Positions 1 to 8,009 of a stretch of DNA of 64,000 nucleotides are shown here, piece after piece. The position numbers were made by a program, and so were the translations under genes. The stretch is from IMG/VR virus record IMGVR_UViG_3300042478_001433; one strand, 5' to 3'. The DNA is from an uncultured virus (IMG/VR IMGVR_UViG_3300042478_001433). Its lineage: Duplodnaviria; Heunggongvirae; Uroviricota; Caudoviricetes. Below the pieces are notes generated by a model that was not told the origin of the DNA, searched no databases, and was given only the letters and a program-made list of their open reading frames with translations. Each line of letters starts with the position of its first letter. Position 1 is the stretch's first letter.

Positions 1-126
1 CTGCGGTTTCGGCCTCGCGGGCGAGGGCGTTGCGGGTGATGTCGTCCATGGGATCTCCGGTTGGTGGGTGAGCCCCCGGCGGGACTCATGGGTGCCGGGT
101 GAAGGCCACCACCGGAGCGGGACGAC
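1..126 (+). repeat. Exact 126-bp direct repeat of 44924-45049
   Basis: Identical up to position 126; first mismatch is 127 (G) vs 45050 (T). Confidence 0.95.
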
Positions 127-275
127 GCCCGCGAGTATTCAGTTTTCAAGGATCAATGTTGTGCCGGGCCAACCGGCGGTGCAGGCTTACTTAGGCCGTG
201 TTGGGCTCGTGGTAACGCGTCGTGTACCCGGTTCCGCGGAGGTTCGGTTTTGCGAGGGATCCTCTCCCCTCGTGA
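51..275 (-). promoter_or_regulatory. Structured 5' leader of the leftward early operon, with boxB/boxA-like element
   Basis: Several hairpins; GATCCTTGAAAACTGAATA (136-154, minus strand) follows hairpin 163-177; conserved at 44974-45198. Confidence 0.6.
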
Positions 276-279
276 TGCC

Positions 280-307
280 ACTGTACACCATGCGCCGCCG
301 TGGTCAG
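280..307 (-). promoter_or_regulatory. Sigma70-type early promoter CTGACC-N16-TACAGT
   Basis: Same ATGGTGTA-containing motif recurs at 44404, 45203 and 54970. Confidence 0.65.
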
Positions 308-660
308 CCCTGTGCAACATCTCTTAACAATGCCTCTGCATCGCTGACCGAGCGCGCCACACCAGCAATGCCGCCAGCCGCCTGGACTGCATCCAGCCAC
401 TGCTGCTGCTCAGGGCGCAGTCTGCCGGTAGCGGTCTTGACCTCTATAGAGGTGAACACGGCCACCTGCTGACCGACCATCTCTGGCGTGATGGTGACCG
501 TGCGCCAGCCGATCAGGTCAGCGCTGCCCTTGCATAGGCCGAACTGCACTGGGCGACCGTTGGCGTCCTTGAGCGTGCCGGTGTTGTTGCGGAACAGGCG
601 CGTGTCACCGTTGCTGCAGGCAATGCGGATGTGCTGCTGGATGGATTGTTCAGAAAGCAC
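304..660 (-). CDS. VRR-NUC domain nuclease
   Basis: RLFRNNTG...GSADLIG...IEVKTATGRLRPEQ motifs; GTG start inferred from the B homolog. Confidence 0.85.
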   Translation of the reverse strand: MLSEQSIQQHIRIACSNGDTRLFRNNTGTLKDANGRPVQFGLCKGSADLIGWRTVTITPEMVGQQVAVFTSIEVKTATGRLRPEQQQWLDAVQAAGGIAGVARSVSDAEALLRDVAQG

Positions 661-1138
661 TGCTATTTGATGGCGAAAAATAAAAGGCAAAAACACGCTT
701 ATGAGCATTTGCAAGTGTTTTATTTTCCATTTCAACCCACTCAACTATATCGCTGGCGTAATTGCAAATATCATTTGCGTTTATAACTGCCCATTCAAAT
801 GGCAGCAAAACCCATTTTGATTTGCCGCGCTCATCAACATGCGTCAATCGAGGCCGAAAGCGTTGACCGTCCCACCTGGGGCCCATGCTCCATTCTTGGT
901 CGCATCCATAAAAAGTAGATTCTCTAAGCAATCGTTCCCATGGGCTGCCATCATAATTTAAGCCATGAAAATTAATTGATTTATAAAATGAACATGCCGC
1001 GTAATCTGTCGCGGATTGCGCATTGCCTGGCAGCTCATCCGCGCCATCTATATCTTGCGCTTCGCACCAAGCCTCAACAACTGCGGCAATAGCATCAGGC
1101 AGCATCATGCCTTCAAGATCAATGCAAAACTTGCTCAC
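650..1138 (-). CDS. Hypothetical protein, AT-rich, present only in A
   Basis: GTG overlaps the helicase stop; absent between the same genes in B. Confidence 0.65.
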   Translation of the reverse strand: MSKFCIDLEGMMLPDAIAAVVEAWCEAQDIDGADELPGNAQSATDYAACSFYKSINFHGLNYDGSPWERLLRESTFYGCDQEWSMGPRWDGQRFRPRLTHVDERGKSKWVLLPFEWAVINANDICNYASDIVEWVEMENKTLANAHKRVFAFYFSPSNSSAF

Positions 1139-2496
1139 TTGACTTTGCTCCACTGTCCTTTGGTTTGGCGTGCGGCTAAGACGTGCTTTGCCCATGCGAC
1201 TGGATTTTTGTATCCCCGCTGCTGACCTAGTGCGATCAACTGCTGCAGCGTTTGAGCGCCGCTTTGCTCACGCCGCTTGGCGCGCATGGCTAGCTCCACC
1301 AGCTCCCCATCCACCTGCTGCAGCTCGCGTGCCTCGGCAGCGAACATATGCCCACACTCACCGCATTGCTTGGCCTGGCTGGCCATGGCGGCAAAGCAAC
1401 TGGGGCACACCTTGACGCTGGGTGCTTTCTCCCGATCCCGCTTGCGCTCGCCGTCCAAGCTCCACTCGCGCGGCTCTAGGTGATGGCCAAGCCGGAGCGT
1501 ATTGCCGACGTGATCCAGCACCACTGCTGCAGCCTTGCCGGGCGATGGCCTAAGGCACCGGCCGATCATCTGCAGGTGCAGGCTGGTGGATGCAGTGGGT
1601 CTGAGCAGGATGCAGCCGCCGACTGATGGAACATCGACGCCCTCGCCGATCAGTGCGCAGCTGGTGAGCACCTTGATCCGGCCAGTGCCTAGCGCCTGCA
1701 GCAGGTCACGCCGCTGCTCGCTAGTCATGCTGCCGTCAATACTGGCCGCGGCGATGCCTGCTGATTGGAAGAGTGCTGCCACTGCTTCCGCGTGCGCCAC
1801 AGAGCAGCAGAACGCGATTGCAGTCTGGCCCGATAGGTGCTTGCGGTAGTGGCCTAGGCAGTCGCCCATGATCGTGCCGACACGGTGCTCCGCCTCACGG
1901 GCGTCAAAGTCACCCATCCGCTTGCGCAGGCCGGTGGTGTCAAAACCCGGTGGCGCTAGCACCTTGGCCGCGGCGAGGTAGCCGTTGTCGGTTAGCCAGG
2001 CAGCGCTGGGACCTTCCACCATGACCTGATAGTGCTCGCCAAGGCCGCGGCCGTCGAGCCTGATCGGGGTTGCGGTGACGCCCAGCAGATGCGATTGGTG
2101 GAAATGCTCCAGCGTTTTGGCCCAGGTGCCGGCATTGCTGTGGTGGGCCTCGTCGATGATCACCAGCTGAAAGAAATCAGGCGGCAGTTTGTGCAGCCTG
2201 CGGGCAAGCGTCTGGACGCTGGCAACCTGCACTGCTGCGGATAGATCCATGCCGCGGTTGGCGGCGATCACGCCATGCGGCATCGGCAGTGAACGGCAGG
2301 CTTGATCCAGCAGCTCCTGCCGGTGAACGGCGATCAACACGCGGTTGCCCTTGCGAGCAGCGGATTGGGCGATGTGGCTGAAAATCACCGTCTTGCCGCC
2401 GCCGGTCGGCAGCACTGCCAGCACCTTGCGGTGGCCTAGCTGGTATTGCAGGCGGATGGCGGTGATCAGCTGTTGCTGGTAGGGGCGGAGGTTCAT
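1135..2496 (-). CDS. SF2 DEAH-box helicase with C-terminal Zn ribbon
   Basis: PTGGGKT, DEAH, TAT and QMIGR motifs, plus CPSC...CGEC. Confidence 0.92.
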   Translation of the reverse strand: MNLRPYQQQLITAIRLQYQLGHRKVLAVLPTGGGKTVIFSHIAQSAARKGNRVLIAVHRQELLDQACRSLPMPHGVIAANRGMDLSAAVQVASVQTLARRLHKLPPDFFQLVIIDEAHHSNAGTWAKTLEHFHQSHLLGVTATPIRLDGRGLGEHYQVMVEGPSAAWLTDNGYLAAAKVLAPPGFDTTGLRKRMGDFDAREAEHRVGTIMGDCLGHYRKHLSGQTAIAFCCSVAHAEAVAALFQSAGIAAASIDGSMTSEQRRDLLQALGTGRIKVLTSCALIGEGVDVPSVGGCILLRPTASTSLHLQMIGRCLRPSPGKAAAVVLDHVGNTLRLGHHLEPREWSLDGERKRDREKAPSVKVCPSCFAAMASQAKQCGECGHMFAAEARELQQVDGELVELAMRAKRREQSGAQTLQQLIALGQQRGYKNPVAWAKHVLAARQTKGQWSKVK

Positions 2497-2825
2497 AGAG
2501 GCAGCTCCAATTGCGTGCCATCTGCAGGTGTTCCGTGCATGGCAATTTGGGCCATAGTCACGGCACGGCGTTGCCGCTCGTATGCAGGCCGCGCATAGCC
2601 CAGCTGGTAAAGGTGCAGATCGTTCTGCAGCAAGGCAATGGCGACAGCTCGCCATGACGGCGCGCGGCCTGACGCAGCTACTTTGGCCGGCACCTCATCT
2701 GGAATCTCGTGCGAATAACAACGGGCTTTCCACGTGCGCACGTATTCCGAGACTCTGGCGGTAGCGCATCTCCCAGGCGCGAATGGCTCGATCCGCTTGT
2801 TGGTTTGCCAATGTCCGTTGCTCAT
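2493..2825 (-). CDS. Small protein resembling the DUF3440/IbrA C-terminal segment
   Basis: YVRTWKARCY..IPDE...APSWRAVAIALLQND parallels IRYWGRVG...SWKRFAITMLKND in 4027-5346. Confidence 0.65.
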   Translation of the reverse strand: MSNGHWQTNKRIEPFAPGRCATARVSEYVRTWKARCYSHEIPDEVPAKVAASGRAPSWRAVAIALLQNDLHLYQLGYARPAYERQRRAVTMAQIAMHGTPADGTQLELPL

Positions 2826-3120
2826 CGGTCAAAAGTCCCCATGCTTGTCTAATGATGTCTTCAGGGCATCGAAGGGCCAGCGCGCAGGCTGCGTGCCCGA
2901 TCCATGCTTTGCGGTTGAGGTTGTAGTCAGTCAGTGCATTGATGCAGCTGTTGGGCCATTCCACGGTGACCCGTTGCATGTAGCGCCCGTAAAGGCGGTG
3001 ATTGCCGGTGAAGATCTGTGCGCGATACAGAGCAATGCGTCGATTTGGCACATCGCCCCACATGTTGTAGCCGATCTCTTCCCAAGTATCAATGGGCAAC
3101 CAGATCCTTTTGAGCTTCAC
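2695..3120 (-). CDS. Hypothetical protein in the IbrAB-like cassette
   Basis: Overlaps both neighbours; Trp-rich (WEE...WPNSC...NRKAWIGHAAC); GTG start inferred. Confidence 0.7.
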   Translation of the reverse strand: MKLKRIWLPIDTWEEIGYNMWGDVPNRRIALYRAQIFTGNHRLYGRYMQRVTVEWPNSCINALTDYNLNRKAWIGHAACALALRCPEDIIRQAWGLLTDEQRTLANQQADRAIRAWEMRYRQSLGIRAHVESPLLFARDSR

Positions 3121-4030
3121 GTTCGAGATCCTCTGTGATGTTGTCGATCTGCTCAACGTCCCATGCCTTGCTGAAATCCTTGCCAAGGAATAGCGAGGCT
3201 AGACCGGTCACCTGTTTCAGGCGCAACAGCTCATCAGGGCTCATGCCAATATGCTTGCAAATCCATGCATCGCCTTTGCCCATCTCGATCAATTCGGCAA
3301 CGATCACGCTCATCAGTTCGATGTTGTGTGAACCACGAGCGCGGTTGTGACGGATGGTTGACGCCATGCGGTCATGGAGCTCCTTGCGGAGTACAACCAC
3401 TGGCAAGCGGCCACCTTCGCGTTCACGGATGCGTTGGCTGTTTTTTAGCGTCAGGTATCGATGAAAACCGTCAACGACCACATAAAGGTCACGCTCGGCA
3501 TCATGCACGACAACGACAGGTTGCGTGTAACCATCTTCCCAGATGGATGTTTCGAGTAGCGCCATTTCAGGCGGCGCCACAGAGTTGGGGTTGTAATCGT
3601 TGGCGGTAACTTTCTCAATAGGAATACTGCGAACAGAATAGACCGGGGATCGCCAAGGGTAAGAGTCGTTCTCGTCATGGAGTTCATTGCCTTTAAGGGG
3701 TGGGTTGAATACGCAGATCAACGTGGTGGGCTCTAAGGCTTCAAACGTGTGAGCATCGTGCTTGTCAAGCACGTAGGTCACGTCAGGGCCAATCGCGATG
3801 ATTTCTTGCGTGGTTTCATTGATCAGCAGACCTTTGCCGCTGACGCAGTAGCACGTTTCAAGGTGGTGTTGATAGTGCCAGCGGTGCGGCTTGCCAGGGT
3901 GAATAACGGTTTTAGTCATGCTGTAGCCCATGCCGTCGGTTTCGACGACAAGCCGATGACTGGTGAAACCACCACGTGGGCATTGCACAACGCGGTCATC
4001 AGGAAGTTGTGCGGCGTTCAGGATCTTCAT
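3089..4030 (-). CDS. EctC-like cupin fused to IbrB/ParB-like domain
   Basis: N-terminal HYQHHLETCYCVSGKG, YVLDKHDAH and CVFNPPLKGNELH match ectoine synthase; C-terminal ANDYNPNSVAPPEM, VVDGFHRY and STIRHNRARG match IbrB/YbdM. ATG overlaps the IbrA stop. Confidence 0.88.
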   Translation of the reverse strand: MKILNAAQLPDDRVVQCPRGGFTSHRLVVETDGMGYSMTKTVIHPGKPHRWHYQHHLETCYCVSGKGLLINETTQEIIAIGPDVTYVLDKHDAHTFEALEPTTLICVFNPPLKGNELHDENDSYPWRSPVYSVRSIPIEKVTANDYNPNSVAPPEMALLETSIWEDGYTQPVVVVHDAERDLYVVVDGFHRYLTLKNSQRIREREGGRLPVVVLRKELHDRMASTIRHNRARGSHNIELMSVIVAELIEMGKGDAWICKHIGMSPDELLRLKQVTGLASLFLGKDFSKAWDVEQIDNITEDLEREAQKDLVAH

Positions 4031-5346
4031 TTGGCGGAACGGTTGAGGACTTGGCTGTACTTGCGTTGGATTGATCTCTGGCGGCGCTGCTGCTCTTGCG
4101 TTGGCGCCAGGCCCAAGTATTTGCAGGTGTGGTCGTTCTTGAGCATTGTGATAGCAAACCTCTTCCAAGATGTGACCATGCTGTTGTGGCATGGCAGATC
4201 ATCAAGGTGGTCAGGCGGCACCTTGATCACTACGCGGCGCAAATTGTTGCCGCCGTGGCGCGTGGTGCCATTGATGTAAAAGCGAATGCCAATACGGCCA
4301 AGAGCTTCAATAATGGCATCAGGAAGACCGCGCCCCACCCTGCCCCAGTAGCGGATTGACTGGATGAAGCGCTGCTTAAAATTTGCGCTTGACTGATCCG
4401 GCAAGGTGGCCAGCAGGAACTTCACAAAGGATTTCCAAGTGTGGCCTGCGGGCAGCTTAAAGGATTTGTAATCAAGCTGTTTGCCGTAGGTAGCCATGAA
4501 GTTAGCACCGCCAACTCTCGCGCAAAGCCTCGCCCAGACCTGCGGGTCGATTACCCGATACATAGCAAGACTGGATTTGGACTCTGACATAAACGGAGAA
4601 GCAACCCGCATCTTTTTGATAGGAATGCCAGCCATGTAAAACACGTCATAAAGGTTGTTGTAATCCCATCCAAATTTGGCGTTAGCGGTCCAGATGTCCT
4701 CTGTGCGCCAGTCATAGATCGGATAGCAGTTGTAGGTATGCGCCGTGTTTTTCTTGGTCCACATGCGGCCAAGCATGGTCTCTTTCTCTTGATTCAGGAT
4801 GGCCCGAAAACGGTTGAGCGATTCAACGGTGCGAATGCCGATCAAGTTTGCGCAAGGCTCGCCATGGCTGTACCACTCCGCAAACATGTCCCAGAAAGTG
4901 GCGTAATCCATGTTCTCGATGAACAGGTCGCCAAAGGGATGGTTTTGGAGATTGACGATGTAATCCTGCTGCGGCATGGGGCGAATCCAGCGGTGACGGT
5001 CGGCTTCGCCCCAGCACTGCCAGTCAATTTCGTAGGAGGAAACGGTGCAAGGCAGGGTGATGGGCAGGCAGCACCAATAGATGTCAAGGATGTCCCGGTT
5101 GGCTTGGAGGATGCGATGCATGAACTCCTCGCTATGGGTGTAATTGGCCTCGTTGTCCATAATCTGAACGCCAATTTTGATCGGCAGCTTGCGCTCTCGC
5201 ACGTAGTCGCAAACAAGATTCAGAAGAACTCCGCTGTCCTTGCCACCAGAGAAGGAGACGTACACACGGGTAAAATGCTGAAAGATAAAGTCGAGCCGCT
5301 CAATAGCGGCGTCGTAAACATTTTGCTCTAAATAGGTTCTGCTCAT
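4027..5346 (-). CDS. IbrA/YbdN-like PAPS-reductase-fold (PP-loop) protein with DUF3440
   Basis: SFSGGKDS, GIRTVESLNR, YPIYDW and MRVASPF motifs. Confidence 0.9.
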   Translation of the reverse strand: MSRTYLEQNVYDAAIERLDFIFQHFTRVYVSFSGGKDSGVLLNLVCDYVRERKLPIKIGVQIMDNEANYTHSEEFMHRILQANRDILDIYWCCLPITLPCTVSSYEIDWQCWGEADRHRWIRPMPQQDYIVNLQNHPFGDLFIENMDYATFWDMFAEWYSHGEPCANLIGIRTVESLNRFRAILNQEKETMLGRMWTKKNTAHTYNCYPIYDWRTEDIWTANAKFGWDYNNLYDVFYMAGIPIKKMRVASPFMSESKSSLAMYRVIDPQVWARLCARVGGANFMATYGKQLDYKSFKLPAGHTWKSFVKFLLATLPDQSSANFKQRFIQSIRYWGRVGRGLPDAIIEALGRIGIRFYINGTTRHGGNNLRRVVIKVPPDHLDDLPCHNSMVTSWKRFAITMLKNDHTCKYLGLAPTQEQQRRQRSIQRKYSQVLNRSAK

Positions 5347-5513
5347 GAGTTGGGTAGATACTCTTTTGTTACGTCTTGAATTTCAAGAAGATCGCAACCT
5401 TTGTATGATTTGGCAAAGCCAATCCGCAATTCCGCCTCAGTAGCGAATTGAGTGGTGTTAACCACGCATTTGCCCCAAGGGCGTTGGTAGGTGATTCGGT
5501 AAATAGGGTTCAC
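5343..5513 (-). CDS. Small hypothetical protein
   Basis: Stop overlaps the IbrA start; GTG start inferred. Confidence 0.5.
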   Translation of the reverse strand: MNPIYRITYQRPWGKCVVNTTQFATEAELRIGFAKSYKGCDLLEIQDVTKEYLPNS

Positions 5514-5536
5514 AAGCAGGCGCAGCCGTGGGGTGC

Positions 5537-5572
5537 CTTGCAACCTTAGCGACTTTGGCTAAGCTTGGCAAG
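5537..5572. promoter_or_regulatory. Palindromic divergent promoter/operator
   Basis: TTGCAA-N16-TAAGCT on + overlaps TTGCCA-N17-TAAGGT on -; counterpart at 49315-49350. Confidence 0.6.
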
Positions 5573-5587
5573 CTTTCAGCCGAAGCC

Positions 5588-5725
5588 GTGCACCCCATCT
5601 CAGTTTTGTTCACGCCGCAACAGATGCAGTGGCTAGACCGGCAACGCGCTGCTGGCCTGTCCCGCAGCGCAGTAATCCGCCTTGTGGTTGAGGAAGCCAT
5701 GCGCCGCGCCAAGGAGTCCGAGTGA
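5588..5725 (+). CDS. Ribbon-helix-helix (CopG-like) regulator
   Basis: ISVLF...WLD...SRSAVIRLVV pattern; stop overlaps the primase start. Confidence 0.7.
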   Translation: MHPISVLFTPQQMQWLDRQRAAGLSRSAVIRLVVEEAMRRAKESE

Positions 5726-7791
5726 ACCTGCGCGATGAGTTAAACCGCCTGCCCGATGGGTGGGGATACGTTGCTGTTGACGGCCAGAAGCGGCCGTATC
5801 AACTCAAGTGGCAGGACAACCCACTAGATAAAGCCAGCCTGCAGGCCGAACTTGATTCCGGTCGCGCTCGTGCTATCGGTGTTTGCTGTGGTGTGCCATC
5901 TGGTGGCCTGCTGTTCCTAGACCACGACGGCCGCAGCGCTAGCACCATCCTTCGCGACTGGGGTTGTCCCATGTCGTCGTTGCCGCGTTCGTGGACTGTT
6001 ACCTCCGGTCGTGACGGCAGGTTTCAGGTCATCTACCGCGTACCAGAGGAGTATTGGCATGGCATCGCCACACGCAAATACAAGTCAGGTGTCACCGACT
6101 CCGACGGCAAGCCCGAGCAGGTGGAGCTCCGTTGGACCGGCTGCCAGTCTGTTGTAGCCGGCGCGCACCCAACCACCAGCGGTTACCGCTGGGTAGCCAA
6201 ATACAGCCCCGAAGACCTCGACCTAGCCGAGGCGCCGCTTTGCCTGATCGAGCGGATGCTTAAGCCAGTGGCCGAACCGGTGGTCTTGCCACCAGTAGCG
6301 CATGGCGCTGACGATGCCGCCCGGGCGCGTTCTTACCTCGAAGCCCTGGCCAGCAGTCGCGCTGATGACTACGACGACTGGCTAGCCGTTGGGATGGCGC
6401 TCCATAGCGTTGGCGATGACGCCTTGCTAGACGACTGGGAGCAGTGGTCAGCGCAGTCCGGCAAGCACAAGCCCAGTGATTGCCAGCGCAAATGGCGCAG
6501 CTTCAAGAAATCCGGCATCAGCCTTGGCACCCTTGGCGACATGGCCAAGAAAGACGGCTGGCGACCCCATCGGCGTGAGCCGCAGCGCAGGGTTGCGACA
6601 GGCGGCGGCAGTGGTGACAGCGATGCCAATGCGCCGATCATCACGAAACCGGAAAAGCTGGAAACCGCAGAGCTATTGGCACTGCTACGCAGTCAAACCG
6701 ATGAGATCCGCTACAACGTCTTCACCCAACAGATCGAAATCAAGGGCAAGGTCATTGATGGCGCCGACCGCTTTTACCTGAAGCTGGCAGAGATGGGCTA
6801 CAAGGTCGGCAAGGAGCTGGCTATTGACTGCCTTGTGCAGGTCGCCAACGAGAACCCCTACGACCCCGTAACCGAGTACCTGACCCATTGCGAGCAGCAC
6901 GTTCAGCCGGCTTACATCGACGGCCTTGCTACCGCATACCTTCGCCCAGAGGACCAAGGCGGTGAGACCACGATCTACGACGAGATGCTTAAGCGCACCA
7001 TGATCGGTGCTGTTGCTCGTGCCTTTGATCCTGGTTTCAAGCATGATACCGCTTGCGTGATCATGGGCGATCAAGGTGCATACAAATCCAGCTTCTGGGG
7101 CTGTTTGGGTGGTCCGTTTTACTCAGATGCGTTGGGTGACATCAGCACCAAAGACGACGTAATGGTGCTCCATCGGTCATGGATAATGGAATGGGCGGAG
7201 CTTGATCACATCACCAATCGCAAGCACGCTGGACAAGTCAAGGCGTTTTTATCGCAGGCGGTAGATCTGCTCCGCGTGCCATATGGCAAGGCTGTTGAAG
7301 CATTCCCAAGGCGTGGCATCATTGTTGGCACCACCAATAAAACCGCTGGTTTTCTTGTAGATGAAACCGGCAACCGTCGTTTTTGGGTGATACCAACAAC
7401 CCGCACACAGGTGGATCAAATCAATACCGCCATGCTCTTAATGGAACGTGATGCCATCTGGTCTGCAGCGGTTCATGCCTACCGCAACGGTGAAACCAGC
7501 CGGCTGCCGGCTGCCATGGAGCTTGCCGTTCAGCAGGAAAACGATGCCTACATGATCGAGTCGCCATGGCGTGCCGCCATCCTTTCCTACCTCGCTGATC
7601 GCCGCAGCACTGACCTGCTGACCTCCGAGGAGATCCTCGCCAAGGCCATCCAGAAACCCATGGAGCGCCAGTCCAAGGCCGACCAGATGCAGGTGGCTTC
7701 GATCCTGAAGGAGCTGGGTTGGGCGAAACGCCGCGAATCGACCGGCAAGAGGCGCTGGTACTACCAGTTGGACGGCCAACATGCCGGCTAG
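5722..7791 (+). CDS. Primase-polymerase + PriCT-2 + VirE-type helicase
   Basis: FLDHDG Prim-Pol motif, YDDWLAVGMALH PriCT-2 motif, GDQGAYKS Walker A, DETGNRRF. Confidence 0.9.
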   Translation: MNLRDELNRLPDGWGYVAVDGQKRPYQLKWQDNPLDKASLQAELDSGRARAIGVCCGVPSGGLLFLDHDGRSASTILRDWGCPMSSLPRSWTVTSGRDGRFQVIYRVPEEYWHGIATRKYKSGVTDSDGKPEQVELRWTGCQSVVAGAHPTTSGYRWVAKYSPEDLDLAEAPLCLIERMLKPVAEPVVLPPVAHGADDAARARSYLEALASSRADDYDDWLAVGMALHSVGDDALLDDWEQWSAQSGKHKPSDCQRKWRSFKKSGISLGTLGDMAKKDGWRPHRREPQRRVATGGGSGDSDANAPIITKPEKLETAELLALLRSQTDEIRYNVFTQQIEIKGKVIDGADRFYLKLAEMGYKVGKELAIDCLVQVANENPYDPVTEYLTHCEQHVQPAYIDGLATAYLRPEDQGGETTIYDEMLKRTMIGAVARAFDPGFKHDTACVIMGDQGAYKSSFWGCLGGPFYSDALGDISTKDDVMVLHRSWIMEWAELDHITNRKHAGQVKAFLSQAVDLLRVPYGKAVEAFPRRGIIVGTTNKTAGFLVDETGNRRFWVIPTTRTQVDQINTAMLLMERDAIWSAAVHAYRNGETSRLPAAMELAVQQENDAYMIESPWRAAILSYLADRRSTDLLTSEEILAKAIQKPMERQSKADQMQVASILKELGWAKRRESTGKRRWYYQLDGQHAG

Positions 7792-7992
7792 ACGGTCAGA
7801 CGCCTTGCGCTGCAGTCGATCTCAGCCGCCTAACCAGCGGACCGACCCACTTCCCTTACAGAGTTACCCCGTACTCCCCCCCTACCCCCTCTTTACTTAC
7901 TTACTACTAGAGGTTAGGAGGTTAGACGGTTAGGAGAAGCCTTGGCCCGCAAGGAATCTCGCCGTCCTAACCCCAAAACCCTGGTTGGACGT
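7785..7992. repeat. Putative replication origin with TAGGA/TAGACGG direct and inverted repeats
   Basis: gaggttaggaggttagacggttaggag plus inverted ccgtcctaacc; equivalent array at 51558-51782. Confidence 0.55.
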
Positions 7993-8009
7993 ATGCTGCC
8001 GCCTCACCC

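Noticed and set aside
1..126. Biological direct terminal repeat
   Set aside because: The repeat begins mid-gene at the window edge and homology continues beyond it with SNPs, so it marks a shared conserved segment or assembly overlap rather than a packaged terminus.
68..472. Plus-strand ORF 68-472 and its copy 44991-45470
   Set aside because: Antisense to the structured leader, promoter and VRR-NUC gene; the stop differs between copies; conservation is explained by the minus-strand elements.
3650..4030. ectC as an ectoine-biosynthesis auxiliary gene
   Set aside because: No ectA or ectB in unit A, and the domain is fused to ParB inside an IbrA operon.
4027..5346. cysH sulfate-assimilation auxiliary gene
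   Set aside because: Length, DUF3440 C-terminus and the IbrB partner indicate the IbrA/YbdN family; no CysH-type C-terminal ECGLH motif.
7900..7940. Short tandem repeats here and at ~51700 as a CRISPR array
   Set aside because: Units are only 7-8 bp with no spacers and no cas genes.
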